Below, piece by piece: positions 41,491 to 52,267 of a stretch of DNA of 64,000 nucleotides (position 1 is the first letter of the stretch; each line of letters starts with the position of its first letter). Below the pieces are notes generated by a model. It had not been told where the DNA came from. It saw nothing but the letters and a program-made list of their open reading frames with translations, and ran no database searches. The stretch comes from an uncultured bacterium. GTDB taxonomy: Bacteria > Hydrothermota > Hydrothermia > B15-G9 > WFZT01. The stretch spans positions 11,738-75,737 of the forward strand of contig CAYNMM010000047.1 in NCBI GenBank assembly GCA_964398355.1, in the 5' to 3' direction. The position numbers were made by a program, and so were the translations under genes.

Positions 41491-44325
41491 TCATCTCCTG
41501 CGGACTTTTTTTGATGGAATATGGAGCTCTTCTTTCAGAAATTTCCCTGTAATAGATGCAGGCGTGGAGGCTATAACTTCTGGTGGTCCTTCGGCAATGA
41601 CCTTGCCACCTTTATCACCCCCCTCAGGTCCAAGATCAATAATCCAGTCGGCGGATTTTATAACGTCGAGATTATGTTCAATTACCAGGACGGTGTTTCC
41701 CCTTTCAACAAGTTTTTTCAATACCTTTATGAGTTTTTTTACATCGTCAAAATGCAGCCCTGTTGTTGGCTCGTCGAGGATGTAAAGTGTTTTACCAGTT
41801 GCCACTTTTGAGAGTTCTTTTGCGAGTTTTACCCTCTGAGCCTCACCGCCTGATAGGGTTGTGGCGGGTTGTCCCAATTTAATGTATCCGAGTCCAACTT
41901 CTTTGAGCAATTTCAGTTTTCTCTCTATTTGTGGTATTTCCTTGAAAAGCTCGTATGCTTCATCCACACTCATATCGAGTACATCTGCTATAGATTTCCC
42001 CTTGAATTTGACTTCGAGTGTCTCACGATTGTACCTTTTCCCTTTACAGACTTCGCACGGGATGTATACGTCCGGGAGAAATTGCATCTCGATTTTTACA
42101 AATCCCTCTCCCTGACATGCTTCGCATCTACCACCTCTTACGTTGAAGGAGAACCTTCCAGGTGCATAACCTCGCATTCTGGCCTCTGGCAATGAAGCAA
42201 AAAGTTCTCTTATAGGGGTGAAGGCTGAGGTGTAAGTGGCAGGGTTTGAACGAGGTGTCCTTCCAATAGGTGATTGGTCTATATCCACAACTTTATCAAT
42301 ATATTCAACTCCAAGAATTTCATCGTGCTCGCCAACTTCGACTCTTGAGTTATAGAAGAACCTCATTAGTGCATTTTTTAATGTGTCCTGGACGAGAGTG
42401 GATTTTCCTGATCCTGAGACACCAGTTACCACGACAAAGAGGCCAATAGGAATTCTTACTGTGATGTTTTTAAGGTTGTTTGCACGTGCTCCCTTGATTA
42501 TCAGCCATTTATCCGATGGTCTCTTCCTAACAGTCGGGACGGGGATACTTTTCTTTCCCGCCAGATATTTCCCGGTGAGAGACTTTGAACTCTTTTTAAT
42601 CTTCTCTGGTGTACCTGTAGCTGTTACATATCCACCTTTCTCGCCTGCACCGGGTCCAAGATCTATGACAAAGTCAGCATGTTCGATGGTATATCTATCG
42701 TGCTCTACAACAATTACAGTATTCCCCAGGTCTCTCAGTTTCAGCAGGGTATTAACCAGTCTCGCTGTGTCTCTCGGATGCAGCCCTATTGTGGGCTCGT
42801 CAAGCACATAGAGGACTCCAGTCAGGCCAGAGCCTATTTGAGTGGCAAGCCTCACCCTCTGATCCTCGCCCGCAGAGAGTGTTTCAGTCGGTCTGTCCAG
42901 TGTAAGATAATCAAGGCCAACATCGAGTAAGAATCCAAGTCGTGCTCGGATCTCTTTTAGAATCTGTTTGGCAATAATTCCAGCTTTGCCGGTCGGATTG
43001 AAATTCATGAAAAAATCGTAGGCCGCCTTGATCGTCATTTGGGTAATGTCATGTATTGATTTTCCGTCAATTTTTACAGAAAGAGCTTCTCTCTTTAGTC
43101 TTGAACCCCCGCATACCGGGCATGTTCTTTTTACCATATAACTTTCGATTTCATTCTTTACCCAATCGGATTCGGTACTTCTGTATCTACGCCATAAGTG
43201 TGGGATGATACCTTCATAGAAAAAATACTCAGATTCAAAGTCTTCTGAGTTCAGCGAATATTCTCTCGGATCTTCGGTACCGTAAATTATTACGTTTCGA
43301 AATTCAATCGGCAGGTCCCTCCAGGGTTTATTCAGGTCAACGTTGTAAATGGATGCGAGTTTCTCAAGCTTTGTCTCGATAAAGGGATTTGGTACGCCCC
43401 AGGGCCTAAGAGCTCCTTCAAAAATAGACAGTTCAGGATTGGAAATTAGAAGCTGTGGATCAATTTCAAGTTTTACTCCGAGACCGTTACAGGCTGGACA
43501 TGCGCCGTAGGGAGAGTTGAAGGAAAAGAGTCTTGGCTCCGGTTCCGGCATGGAGAATCCGCATATTGGACACATAAGCTTTTCACTAAAGATTTCCTCC
43601 TTTCCATCCTCAAAAATGACTGTAACAAGTCCATCTGCGACCTTTAAGGCCTGTTCTATAGAGTCGGCGAGTCGAGAGCGGATACCTTCTTTTAATTTGA
43701 TGCGGTCAACAATAATCTCAATCGTATGATTTTTATATTTTTCGAGATCAGGTACATTCTCCAGACGGTAAATCTTTCCATCCACCCTCACTCTTACAAA
43801 TCCGAGTTTTCTTATTCTTTCAAAAAGATCTTTAAACTCTCCCTTTCTGCCTCTAACCATGGGAGCGAGTATCTGAATTTTCTCTCCCTCTCTATGTTTT
43901 AAGATAACATCAACAATTTCATCAACGGTCTGAGATTTAAGGGGTATGTCATGTTCGGGACAATGTGGAATCCCGATTCTTGCGAACAGGAGTCTCAGGT
44001 AGTCATAAATTTCAGTAACTGTGGAGACGGTAGAGCGAGGATTTTTGGATGCCTTTCTGGGCTCTATAGCAATGGCAGGGGAAAGGCCTTCTATAAGATC
44101 CACATCAGGCTTTTCCATTAAGCCGAGAAACTGTCTTGCATAGGCCGAGAGAGATTCAACATATCTTCTCTGACCCTCGGCGTACAATGTATCAAACGCA
44201 AGGGATGATTTACCGGAGCCTGAGAGTCCGGTAATGACAACAAACTTATCCCGAGGAATCTCAACATTTATATTCTTCAGGTTATGAACTCTTGCGCCTC
44301 GAACAATGATTTTCTCTGCTGGCAT
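41491..44325 (-). CDS. uvrA: excinuclease ABC subunit A
   Basis: 944 aa. Two ABC modules ([23 protein letters not shown]), zinc-finger Cys pairs. Confidence 0.95.
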   Translation of the reverse strand: MPAEKIIVRGARVHNLKNINVEIPRDKFVVITGLSGSGKSSLAFDTLYAEGQRRYVESLSAYARQFLGLMEKPDVDLIEGLSPAIAIEPRKASKNPRSTVSTVTEIYDYLRLLFARIGIPHCPEHDIPLKSQTVDEIVDVILKHREGEKIQILAPMVRGRKGEFKDLFERIRKLGFVRVRVDGKIYRLENVPDLEKYKNHTIEIIVDRIKLKEGIRSRLADSIEQALKVADGLVTVIFEDGKEEIFSEKLMCPICGFSMPEPEPRLFSFNSPYGACPACNGLGVKLEIDPQLLISNPELSIFEGALRPWGVPNPFIETKLEKLASIYNVDLNKPWRDLPIEFRNVIIYGTEDPREYSLNSEDFESEYFFYEGIIPHLWRRYRSTESDWVKNEIESYMVKRTCPVCGGSRLKREALSVKIDGKSIHDITQMTIKAAYDFFMNFNPTGKAGIIAKQILKEIRARLGFLLDVGLDYLTLDRPTETLSAGEDQRVRLATQIGSGLTGVLYVLDEPTIGLHPRDTARLVNTLLKLRDLGNTVIVVEHDRYTIEHADFVIDLGPGAGEKGGYVTATGTPEKIKKSSKSLTGKYLAGKKSIPVPTVRKRPSDKWLIIKGARANNLKNITVRIPIGLFVVVTGVSGSGKSTLVQDTLKNALMRFFYNSRVEVGEHDEILGVEYIDKVVDIDQSPIGRTPRSNPATYTSAFTPIRELFASLPEARMRGYAPGRFSFNVRGGRCEACQGEGFVKIEMQFLPDVYIPCEVCKGKRYNRETLEVKFKGKSIADVLDMSVDEAYELFKEIPQIERKLKLLKEVGLGYIKLGQPATTLSGGEAQRVKLAKELSKVATGKTLYILDEPTTGLHFDDVKKLIKVLKKLVERGNTVLVIEHNLDVIKSADWIIDLGPEGGDKGGKVIAEGPPEVIASTPASITGKFLKEELHIPSKKVRRR

Positions 44326-44634
44326 AAGTGGATTATTTTATGGAATTTTTCATCTTTGGCAAGTTGTCACCTGGATACTGCTACAGCAGTATTTCACGGC
44401 AAAAGAAAATTACAGTATATAGTATGTGACCAATTCAGGGTCTTTTTAACGGGGTCTTCACAGGAGCAGTCCAATTGATAGAGGGAAAATACTCGTGGAA
44501 TTTGATATTTATAATAGAATCACAGACTCTTTTAGAGAAGACCTTCCCGTGTTCATTGGTTGATCGGAAGATGTGAATATTTTGATTGCTTGGGCAGATT
44601 AATTTTATCATAAAATTTTGAGGTATGTAGCCAC

Positions 44635-44663
44635 TTGACAAAAAATGAGGAGACGTTATTAAT
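44635..44663 (+). promoter_or_regulatory. candidate sigma-70 promoter of ssrA
   Basis: TTGACA, then a 17-nt spacer, then ATTAAT, about 22 nt upstream of the mature tmRNA 5' end. Confidence 0.35.
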
Positions 44664-44685
44664 AGAATGCGTTCTTTGAAAAAGT

Positions 44686-45050
44686 GGGGGCGTAAGGATT
44701 CGACGGGGGTAGCGTGGTCCAGGAGGTGCATGCCGAGGTGCCGTCACCTCGTAAAACAGGCGGCGAAAAACAATTCCCGAGTACAACTATGCAATGGCTG
44801 CCTAATTGATCGGCAGCCCGCCCTGTGGAGAGGTTGGCTCCCGACTCGCCACAAGGGTGTCATAGACAGGGAGCTTGGCCCTGATTCTCGCTCCGGTTGG
44901 GTCAGGGCGACAGTATAAACCGGAGGGACCTCCAGAATCTCCCTCGCCTGCCAGGGAGCTGGAGGCTCCACAGTAAAAGGCAGGCTAAGCATGTAGGACC
45001 TTCTGGGTCATTACCCCCGGACGCGGGTTCGATTCCCGCCGCCTCCACCA
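44686..45050 (+). ncRNA. ssrA: transfer-messenger RNA (tmRNA)
   Basis: 5' GGGGGCGUAAGGAUUCGACGGGGG and 3' GGACGCGGGUUCGAUUCCCGCCGCCUCCACCA read directly. Acceptor stem pairs with a G3-U70 wobble. Internal tag frame ends ...IPEYNYAMAA-TAA. The overlapping ORFs in the track are artefacts. Confidence 0.9.
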
Positions 45051-45110
45051 AAATTGCAATTCATACCTCTCTGGACTATCATTTACCTTACTTAAACAAG
45101 GAGGTTGGTT

Positions 45111-45869
45111 ATGTTCTATTTAACCTTATTAATCATTATCCTGATCCTATTTTCCTCTATGATCAGGATACTCCGCGAGTACGAGAGAGGTGTTATTTTC
45201 AGACTCGGAAGATTAATCGGTGTTAAAGGGCCGGGTTTGATTATTTTGATCCCTTTCGTTGACAAAATGGTTAAGGTCTCTTTAAGAACCATTGTTCTTG
45301 ATGTCCCGCCTCAGGACGTTATTACGAAAGACAATGTTTCTGTTAAAGTTAATGCAGTTGTTTATTTCAGGGTGCTTGACCCTGCAAAGAGTGTTGTCGA
45401 AGTGGAAGATTATTACTATGCAACTTCTCAAATCGCTCAGACGACCCTCAGAAGTGTACTTGGTGAGGTAGAGCTTGATGAATTGTTATCTCAGAGAGAA
45501 AAATTGAATCAGAGACTTCAGAGAATTATCGATGAGCAAACTGACCCGTGGGGTGTAAAAGTGTCGGCTGTAGAGATTAAACATGTGGATCTCCCGCAGG
45601 AAATGCAGAGAGCTATGGCACGTCAGGCTGAGGCCGAAAGAGAAAGAAGAGCAAAGATTATCAATGCAGAGGGTGAATATCAGGCAGCGGAGAAACTTTC
45701 CTCGGCCGCAGATATTCTTGCAAGAAACCCCATTACTTTACAACTCCGTTTCCTTCAGACGGTTAGAGAAATATCCTCTGAAAATACATCCACGATCGTA
45801 TTCCCATTGCCTCTTGAAATGTTCCAGGCCTTTTACGATTCATACAGAAAGTCAAAAGAAGAAAAATAA
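45111..45869 (+). CDS. SPFH/band-7 (stomatin-like) membrane protein
   Basis: N-terminal TM, then [15 protein letters not shown]...[33 protein letters not shown] core. AAGGAGG RBS 8 nt upstream of the ATG. Confidence 0.8.
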   Translation: MFYLTLLIIILILFSSMIRILREYERGVIFRLGRLIGVKGPGLIILIPFVDKMVKVSLRTIVLDVPPQDVITKDNVSVKVNAVVYFRVLDPAKSVVEVEDYYYATSQIAQTTLRSVLGEVELDELLSQREKLNQRLQRIIDEQTDPWGVKVSAVEIKHVDLPQEMQRAMARQAEAERERRAKIINAEGEYQAAEKLSSAADILARNPITLQLRFLQTVREISSENTSTIVFPLPLEMFQAFYDSYRKSKEEK

Positions 45870-45891
45870 GAATGTGTAGGAGGGGTTTTAG

Positions 45892-47457
45892 TTGTTCTCG
45901 AAGGTCCTTTCATCAGCAGTATTGGGGGTGGAAGGTTATATAGTTGAGGTGGAAATAGACCTTTCACCGGGATTACCATCGTTTGTCACAGTGGGACTTC
46001 CAGAAGGAGCGGTTAGAGAATCTAAAGAAAGAGTGCAATCTGCACTGAAAAATTCTGGTTTCAGCATACCGGTAAAACGTGTTAGAATAAATCTTGCTCC
46101 TGCAGATGTCAGAAAGGAAGGGTCGTCGTTTGATTTACCCATTGCAATTGGTATTTTGAGGGCTACAGGTGAAATCCCGAACTCAGATTTTTTTGAGAGG
46201 AACATTTTCGTTGGGGAACTCTCACTCGATGGATCTATCAGGCGAGTTAAAGGTGTATTACCAATGGTGTTATCTGCCAGGTCTCGTGGTATGGAAGGGG
46301 TAATATTACCCGAAGAGAATGTGATTGAGGGAGCCATTGTCGAGGGAATAAAAATCTACCCTGTGAAGACATTGTTCGAGGTAGTAAGGTTTCTCAGAGG
46401 GGAGTTTGAAATAGAGTCTGCACACGTAGAAATGAGTGAACTATTTTCAACACACTCCAGCTACAGCGTAGATTTTTCTGAGGTTAAAGGGCAGGAGCAG
46501 GTCAAGAGGGCGTTGGAAGTTGCAGCTGCCGGTGGACATAACATTTTAATGATCGGACCACCAGGCTCCGGTAAGACAATGCTCGCCAGGAGAGTGCCCA
46601 CTATTTTACCACGCATGACAGTTGATGAAGCACTTGAAACAACAAAGATATACTCTGTTGCTGGCAATTTAAAAGGTACCATTGTTGCAACCAGACCTTT
46701 CAGGGCTCCACATCATACAATCTCGGATGCCGGTCTCATTGGGGGCGGTGCCAATCCGAGACCTGGTGAGGTAAGTCTTGCCCATAACGGTGTGCTTTTC
46801 CTGGACGAGCTACCTGAGTTTAATAGAAATGTGCTTGAAGTTTTGAGACAACCTTTAGAGGACGGTGTTGTCACAATCTCCCGCGCCAAAATGTCCGTTA
46901 CATATCCGGCCAGATTTATGCTTGTAGCTGCCATGAATCCATGTCCATGTGGATATCTCACTGATCCCTATCATGAGTGTACGTGTACACCTTCGATGAT
47001 CCAGAGATATCACTCGAAGGTCTCTGGTCCTCTTCTTGATCGAATAGATATTCACATTGAGGTGCCCCCTCTGAGATTTGATGAACTGAGAAAGGAGAGT
47101 GAAGGTGAACCGTCATCTAAAATCCGGGAACGTGTGGAAAAAGCGAGAGAAATACAACGTGAAAGATATGCAAATCTCAAAGGTGTCCATAGTAATTCCC
47201 AGATTGGTCCTAAAGAGATAAAGAGGTATTGCAGGATCGATAAAAATTCCGAAGAACTTCTACGGACTGCCATTGAGAAGTTTGGATTTTCATCAAGAGC
47301 ATATCATAGAATTCTGAAAGTAGCGAGGACCATAGCCGATCTCGATGAAAGTATAGAAATCAGGACACATCACGTGGCTGAGGCCATACAATATAGAGCC
47401 CTTGATAGAAGTAACTGGTTTACAGGAGTCATCTATCAGAAATGGCCAGAGCATTAA
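45892..47457 (+). CDS. comM: YifB/ComM-family Mg-chelatase-like AAA+ ATPase
   Basis: 521 aa. N-terminal Lon-like domain, Walker A GPPGSGKTMLA, C-terminal Mg-chelatase domain. TTG start with AGGAGG RBS. Confidence 0.85.
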   Translation: MFSKVLSSAVLGVEGYIVEVEIDLSPGLPSFVTVGLPEGAVRESKERVQSALKNSGFSIPVKRVRINLAPADVRKEGSSFDLPIAIGILRATGEIPNSDFFERNIFVGELSLDGSIRRVKGVLPMVLSARSRGMEGVILPEENVIEGAIVEGIKIYPVKTLFEVVRFLRGEFEIESAHVEMSELFSTHSSYSVDFSEVKGQEQVKRALEVAAAGGHNILMIGPPGSGKTMLARRVPTILPRMTVDEALETTKIYSVAGNLKGTIVATRPFRAPHHTISDAGLIGGGANPRPGEVSLAHNGVLFLDELPEFNRNVLEVLRQPLEDGVVTISRAKMSVTYPARFMLVAAMNPCPCGYLTDPYHECTCTPSMIQRYHSKVSGPLLDRIDIHIEVPPLRFDELRKESEGEPSSKIRERVEKAREIQRERYANLKGVHSNSQIGPKEIKRYCRIDKNSEELLRTAIEKFGFSSRAYHRILKVARTIADLDESIEIRTHHVAEAIQYRALDRSNWFTGVIYQKWPEH

Positions 47458-48227
47458 GAGACTTTCGTTACATAGCGTGGATATTTGCCGCTGTCTTTTT
47501 TATCGCGGCGATTATTCCAGTTGGTAACCTTGGAGGTACAGGGAATTTTGATAAGGTTCTTCACTTCATCGGATTTTATTTTTTGATCATATTTTTTCTC
47601 CATGGTTATCAAAATAGAAGCTGGATTACCATGCTAATAATTTCCCTCGGAATAGGATTCCTGGTTGAGGTAGTTCAAGCTGGTATCCCATACAGGACCT
47701 TTAGTTTGTATGACTTTCTTGCCGATGCTGTGGGAGCTGTTTGTGGCTATATTTCCTACAAACTTATAGGTGATGTAAATATTGAACTGATAGGGACGTT
47801 TGGTTTTATTGGAAAAATTCCCATAGGCCCCGGTACAATTGCAAGCTTTATCTTCATCCTCCTTGTCCATCACTTTAAATTCACAAATGAATTCGTCACA
47901 CTTTTTATTGTTACTGCCTCGATAGTAGGTGTATGGGTCTCAAGTTATCTTGAGGAAAAATGGGGTGAAGACCCTTCCGAGGTTGTTATCGATGAAGTTG
48001 TTGGAGTAGGCTTTGCTATATTGTTTCACAAGTTTACATTCCCTGTTCTTCTATCTGGATTCCTATTTTTCAGATTTTTTGATATAGTGAAGCCCTGGCC
48101 TATTAAATATTTTGAAAAACTTCCATCAGGTATTGGTGTGATGTCAGATGACATTGTAGCAGGTATAATGGCCAATATCTTGTTGACTTTTTTATCGAGT
48201 GGCTTAATTAATATAAGTGGAATTTAA
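47442..48227 (+). CDS. VanZ-like domain fused to phosphatidylglycerophosphatase A (PgpA)
   Basis: N-terminal half matches the VanZ family, C-terminal half (GTFGFIGKIP...DEVVGVGFAIL...DIVKPWPIKYFEKLPSGIGVMSDDIVAGI) matches PgpA. 16-nt overlap with comM. Confidence 0.5.
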   Translation: MARALRDFRYIAWIFAAVFFIAAIIPVGNLGGTGNFDKVLHFIGFYFLIIFFLHGYQNRSWITMLIISLGIGFLVEVVQAGIPYRTFSLYDFLADAVGAVCGYISYKLIGDVNIELIGTFGFIGKIPIGPGTIASFIFILLVHHFKFTNEFVTLFIVTASIVGVWVSSYLEEKWGEDPSEVVIDEVVGVGFAILFHKFTFPVLLSGFLFFRFFDIVKPWPIKYFEKLPSGIGVMSDDIVAGIMANILLTFLSSGLINISGI

Positions 48228-48245
48228 ACTTAAAGGAGGTTGCTT

Positions 48246-48539
48246 ATGAAGATCAGCATTCAGGGGAAAAACCTGGAAATAACCAACGGATTGAGGCAGT
48301 ATGCAGAAAAACGACTTAGTACACTCGATAGATATTCCAGAAATATTATCGATAGCGAACTGGTACTTGAAGAAGAGAAGGGGAGAGTTAAGGGAGAAAT
48401 GATTGTAAAAGTGAAAGGGAGCACTCTGAAAGTTTCATCCGTTGGTAAGGATGCGTTTAATGCTATTGATGAATTGAAAGATAAGATTAAGTCCCAGTTA
48501 AAGAAATACGAAGAAAAGTTAAAGGACAGAAGGGTCTGA
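48246..48539 (+). CDS. hpf: ribosome hibernation promoting factor (HPF/RaiA, short form)
   Basis: MKISIQGKNLEITNGLRQYAEKRL... typical HPF start. GGAGG RBS. Confidence 0.8.
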   Translation: MKISIQGKNLEITNGLRQYAEKRLSTLDRYSRNIIDSELVLEEEKGRVKGEMIVKVKGSTLKVSSVGKDAFNAIDELKDKIKSQLKKYEEKLKDRRV

Positions 48540-49481
48540 TTGGATCCACTAAGAGTTAGAGATTTAATAGAAAAAGACTTCTTAAAATTAGACTTAATTA
48601 CAGGAAGTAGTGAGAGGATAATTTTTACAACCGAGATCTATATTCCGGGATTGTTCCTCTCAGGAAAAGTTGATGATATTCCTGACGATGTAATCCTTCT
48701 TTTCACCCCCATTGAATGTAAATTTATCGAACAGATGAAATCTCATACTAAATTGTTGAACAGATTGAAGGATAAACAGATCCCTGTTTTCATCTTCTCT
48801 GACGGTTGTATTCCCCCGGATAGATTCAAGAAAGTAGCAGATGATCTTGGTATACCGATCCTGAGTACACCACATAACTCTACACGCATAACTTTGCTTC
48901 TCGGTGACTATCTTAGATTTATACTTGCCAGGCGCCAGAAAATTCACGGGACACTTGTAGATGTTTACGGAGTTGGCATACTTTTTAAAGGAGAGAGTGG
49001 TGTTGGAAAGTCAGAGTGTGCACTGGATCTCGTGAGAAAAGGACACAGACTCGTGGGAGACGATTTTATAGAAATAATAGCTTATCCAGAGGGGAAAATA
49101 CTTGGTAGGTCAGGGGCACCTTCACCTGAGCTGAGATTTTTGATGGAATTGAGAGGGGTGGGATTTATTGATGTTCTGAAATCTTTTGGTGTTGCCTCTG
49201 TTGAGGAGACAAAATTTGTAGATATGGTCGTAGAATTGAAAAGTGTGGAGGATAATCCTTTTGATAGATTGGGATTTGAATTTGAAAAAACACAACTTCT
49301 TGGGGTGGAACTACCTTACGTTAGATTGCCAGTTATTCCGGGTAAAAATATTTCCACAGTTGTGGAGTCACTTGCACTCAAGTATCTCATTAGAAAAATG
49401 GGTAAACATCCTGAAAAATTGATAGAAGAGATTTTTATCGATAGATTGAAGGAAAAAGATGATAAAGAAACTACCGGATGA
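48540..49481 (+). CDS. hprK: HPr kinase/phosphorylase
   Basis: 313 aa. P-loop GESGVGKSECALDLVRKGHRLVGDD. TTG start directly after the hpf stop. Confidence 0.85.
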   Translation: MDPLRVRDLIEKDFLKLDLITGSSERIIFTTEIYIPGLFLSGKVDDIPDDVILLFTPIECKFIEQMKSHTKLLNRLKDKQIPVFIFSDGCIPPDRFKKVADDLGIPILSTPHNSTRITLLLGDYLRFILARRQKIHGTLVDVYGVGILFKGESGVGKSECALDLVRKGHRLVGDDFIEIIAYPEGKILGRSGAPSPELRFLMELRGVGFIDVLKSFGVASVEETKFVDMVVELKSVEDNPFDRLGFEFEKTQLLGVELPYVRLPVIPGKNISTVVESLALKYLIRKMGKHPEKLIEEIFIDRLKEKDDKETTG

Positions 49482-51147
49482 GGTCATAAGAAAAATTGCA
49501 GCGGGTGAAGTTATTGAAAGCCCGGCCTCGGTTGTAAGAGAACTTGTTGAAAATGCCATTGATGCTGGTGCTAAAAATATACGTATTATCGCTGAAGAGA
49601 GTGGGAAAAGGTTGATTCTTGTGGAAGATGATGGGGTAGGGATGTCCAGGGAGGAAATCTTACTCGCTGTAGAACGGTTCACAACCAGTAAGATAAGTTC
49701 AGAGGAGGACCTTGAGGCCATTTCTACCCTTGGCTTTAGAGGAGAAGCCCTCCATTCAATCGCAACAGTCTCAAAACTTATCATCAGATCGGGAACAGAA
49801 GAAGAGAGTGAAAATAGCTGGGAAGTCACCTTTAATCAAGCTACACCTGAGAGTATAAAACCTGCACCTTATAGAAAAGGGACAACAGTGATTGTCAGGG
49901 ATCTTTTTTATAATTTTCCGGTTAGAAGAAAATTCTTGAGTGGAGACTTGTACGAGGGCAGAAGAATAATCGAGGTTGTGACGACTTACGCTCTCTGGAA
50001 TTACAGTATTGGATTTGAATTGATAATCAACGGAAATGAGGTGTACAACCTTCGGCCAGTGGCATCTTACAATGAGCGTATCAAGGACATTTATGGAGAA
50101 GATTTTATCGAAGAAACTTTAGAGATCAAAAGTAAGTTCGGTGAATCACTTGAAATAACCGGTAGAATAACGAGACCGGAAAAAATGAAGGTTAGACCTG
50201 TCATTCAGCTCATACTTGTTAATGGAAGAAGTGTAAAGAGTGACCAGATTAGAGCAGCTATTTATAAAGCTTTAATGGAAGTAAAAAATTATCCAGAATA
50301 CATAATTTTTGTCAAAGTGGATCCTCGCCTGATAGATTTCAATATTCATCCCCAGAAAAAAGATGTTAGATTCTCAAAATCACTCAGGATATTTGAGAGA
50401 TTCTATAGGAGTATTAGAGAAGTTCTTGAGACAACGAAATCATCGTATCTCCCGGTCCATTCTACCTCCCAGACCATTTTAAAACTTACTCAGGAAAGAG
50501 TTCCAGTTTCCAATGAAGAGACAAGAAATGCGAGACAACTTGAGCTTGGAGAAATGAATATACAGACTCAACCAGAGGAGAGTGAGGAAGAAGGAATAAT
50601 CCCGGTCGCTGTATGGCAGGCTCACAATAGCTACATAATTGCTGAGGTAAAAACGGGAATAATAATAATTGATCAACATGCTGCGCACGAAAGGGTGATT
50701 TATGAGCAGTTGTTGAGCAGAAAAGTGGGAACCCAGAATTTGCTGTTCCCTGTAACTGTTCATCTCACACCACAGGAGATGCAAATTTTTAATGAGTACA
50801 AAGAGATTCTCGAGAATTTTGGCTTCAAAATAAGAAAATTTTCACAGACAACCGTGGTCATAGAAGGAATTCCAAACATATTTTCTGCTATAACCAAGGA
50901 TGAGTTTAAAGAGATTCTTGGAGAACTGGAAACAAGAAAATCACTTCCTGACCGTTTTCAGTATTCTGTAAAGACCATTGCCTGTAAAGCTGCAATTAAA
51001 GCTGGTGAGCCACTGACCAATGAGGAAATGCTCTCTTTGATAAATCAGCTTTTTCATTGTAAAAATCCGTATTTTTGCCCTCATGGACGTCCCACCATCA
51101 TTAAGATCGGCCTCGACGAACTCGAAAGAAAATTTGGCAGACACTGA
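49459..51147 (+). CDS. mutL: DNA mismatch repair protein MutL
   Basis: 562 aa. GHKL ATPase N-terminus IRKIAAGEVIESPASVVRELVENAIDAGA. C-terminal dimerisation domain. 23-nt overlap with hprK. Confidence 0.9.
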   Translation: MIKKLPDEVIRKIAAGEVIESPASVVRELVENAIDAGAKNIRIIAEESGKRLILVEDDGVGMSREEILLAVERFTTSKISSEEDLEAISTLGFRGEALHSIATVSKLIIRSGTEEESENSWEVTFNQATPESIKPAPYRKGTTVIVRDLFYNFPVRRKFLSGDLYEGRRIIEVVTTYALWNYSIGFELIINGNEVYNLRPVASYNERIKDIYGEDFIEETLEIKSKFGESLEITGRITRPEKMKVRPVIQLILVNGRSVKSDQIRAAIYKALMEVKNYPEYIIFVKVDPRLIDFNIHPQKKDVRFSKSLRIFERFYRSIREVLETTKSSYLPVHSTSQTILKLTQERVPVSNEETRNARQLELGEMNIQTQPEESEEEGIIPVAVWQAHNSYIIAEVKTGIIIIDQHAAHERVIYEQLLSRKVGTQNLLFPVTVHLTPQEMQIFNEYKEILENFGFKIRKFSQTTVVIEGIPNIFSAITKDEFKEILGELETRKSLPDRFQYSVKTIACKAAIKAGEPLTNEEMLSLINQLFHCKNPYFCPHGRPTIIKIGLDELERKFGRH

Positions 51148-51187
51148 TAAATTTCTGTAATTTTGAATTAATAAAAAGTACTATTAT

Positions 51188-51216
51188 TTGCAATTTCTGA
51201 ATTGTTCGTTTATACT
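51188..51216 (+). promoter_or_regulatory. candidate sigma-70 promoter of the mscS-like gene
   Basis: TTGCAA, then a 17-nt spacer, then TATACT, followed by a GGAGG RBS and the ATG at 51243. Confidence 0.35.
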
Positions 51217-51242
51217 CACCACTTAAAATCAGGAGGTAAAGT

Positions 51243-52055
51243 ATGGCTGATAAGTTGCAGTTGCTGACAGGCCTGATTATAAGTTATGGCCTCAAAATTC
51301 TCGGTGCCATTGTAATTTTTATAATTGGAAAATGGTTATCGAAGAAGCTTGCAAAAATTAGCGATAATATTCTAAAGAAAAGCAAAGTAGACGAAACCCT
51401 CAGCATATTTCTAAGTAAGGTAATCTATACTCTTCTCCTTATTCTTGTCATCATAGTGGCTCTCGGGACACTTGGATTTCAGACAACTTCGTTTGTAGCT
51501 GTTCTTGGTGCTGCAACTCTGGCTATCGGTCTTGCTTTACAGAGTAATCTTTCGAATTTTGGTGCAGGGGTGATGATCCTGCTCCTGAGACCATTCAAAA
51601 TAGGTGATGCTGTAGAAGCCGGAGGAGCCACTGGAATTGTGGAAGATATTGGAATTTTTAACGTAAAAATAAAGACGTTTGATAATCGTGTCATTATAGT
51701 CCCCAATTCCAATATTATTGGTTCCAATATCACTAATTACTCAGAAAAAGAGATTAGAAGAGTGGATCTTGTGATAGGCGTGGGTTATGAGGATGATCTG
51801 AGGAAAGTTAAGGAGGAGCTCTGGAACATTTTAAAAGAGGATGAAAGGATACTTGAAGATCCTGCTCCTACGGTTGCGGTGTCTGAACTCGCTGACAGTA
51901 GTGTGAATTTCGTTGTAAGGCCGTGGGTTAAGGTGGAAGACTACTGGGGGGTGTACTTTGATCTTCTCGAGAAGATAAAGACAAGATTTGACGAAAAGGG
52001 TATTTCTATTCCGTATCCGCAGATGGATGTTCACCTCAAAAAGGCTGAGTCCTGA
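51243..52055 (+). CDS. small-conductance mechanosensitive channel (MscS family)
   Basis: 270 aa, 3 TM segments, conserved LRPFKIGDAVEAGGATGIVEDIGIFNVKIKTFDNRVIIVPNS beta-domain. Confidence 0.8.
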   Translation: MADKLQLLTGLIISYGLKILGAIVIFIIGKWLSKKLAKISDNILKKSKVDETLSIFLSKVIYTLLLILVIIVALGTLGFQTTSFVAVLGAATLAIGLALQSNLSNFGAGVMILLLRPFKIGDAVEAGGATGIVEDIGIFNVKIKTFDNRVIIVPNSNIIGSNITNYSEKEIRRVDLVIGVGYEDDLRKVKEELWNILKEDERILEDPAPTVAVSELADSSVNFVVRPWVKVEDYWGVYFDLLEKIKTRFDEKGISIPYPQMDVHLKKAES

Positions 52056-52097
52056 TGTAAGAGGTGAGAGAGAGCATTGTTTGAAGAATTGATTAAA

Positions 52098-52136
52098 AGA
52101 TGTGGCGGGGGGCATAGCCCCCCGCCACATCTTTTC
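52098..52136 (+). terminator. intrinsic terminator (16-bp GC-rich stem, 3-nt loop, T-tract)
   Basis: AGATGTGGCGGGGGGC-ATA-GCCCCCCGCCACATCT followed by TTTT, 45 nt after the mscS stop. Confidence 0.6.
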
Positions 52137-52267
52137 CCACTATCCTCGATGACATTTGATCTCTCTCCGTATAAATTTGACCATAACGGGTTAAATAGTT
52201 AAAATGGATTATTGACATGTTCCGTCAAAAAATTTTATCATTCCCATAAAATTTCGGGAGGTTGTAG

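Noticed and set aside
44326-45104. Genomic island or prophage integrated at the tmRNA 3' end
   Set aside because: There is no integrase gene and no visible direct repeat of the tmRNA 3' end. Downstream genes (SPFH, comM, hpf, hprK, mutL) are housekeeping.
44667-45226. Three overlapping ORFs (44667-44918 +, 44744-44992 -, 44897-45226 +) suggested by the six-frame track
   Set aside because: They lie entirely on the tmRNA gene, have no RBS, and have low-complexity Arg/Cys-rich translations. The RNA gene explains the region.
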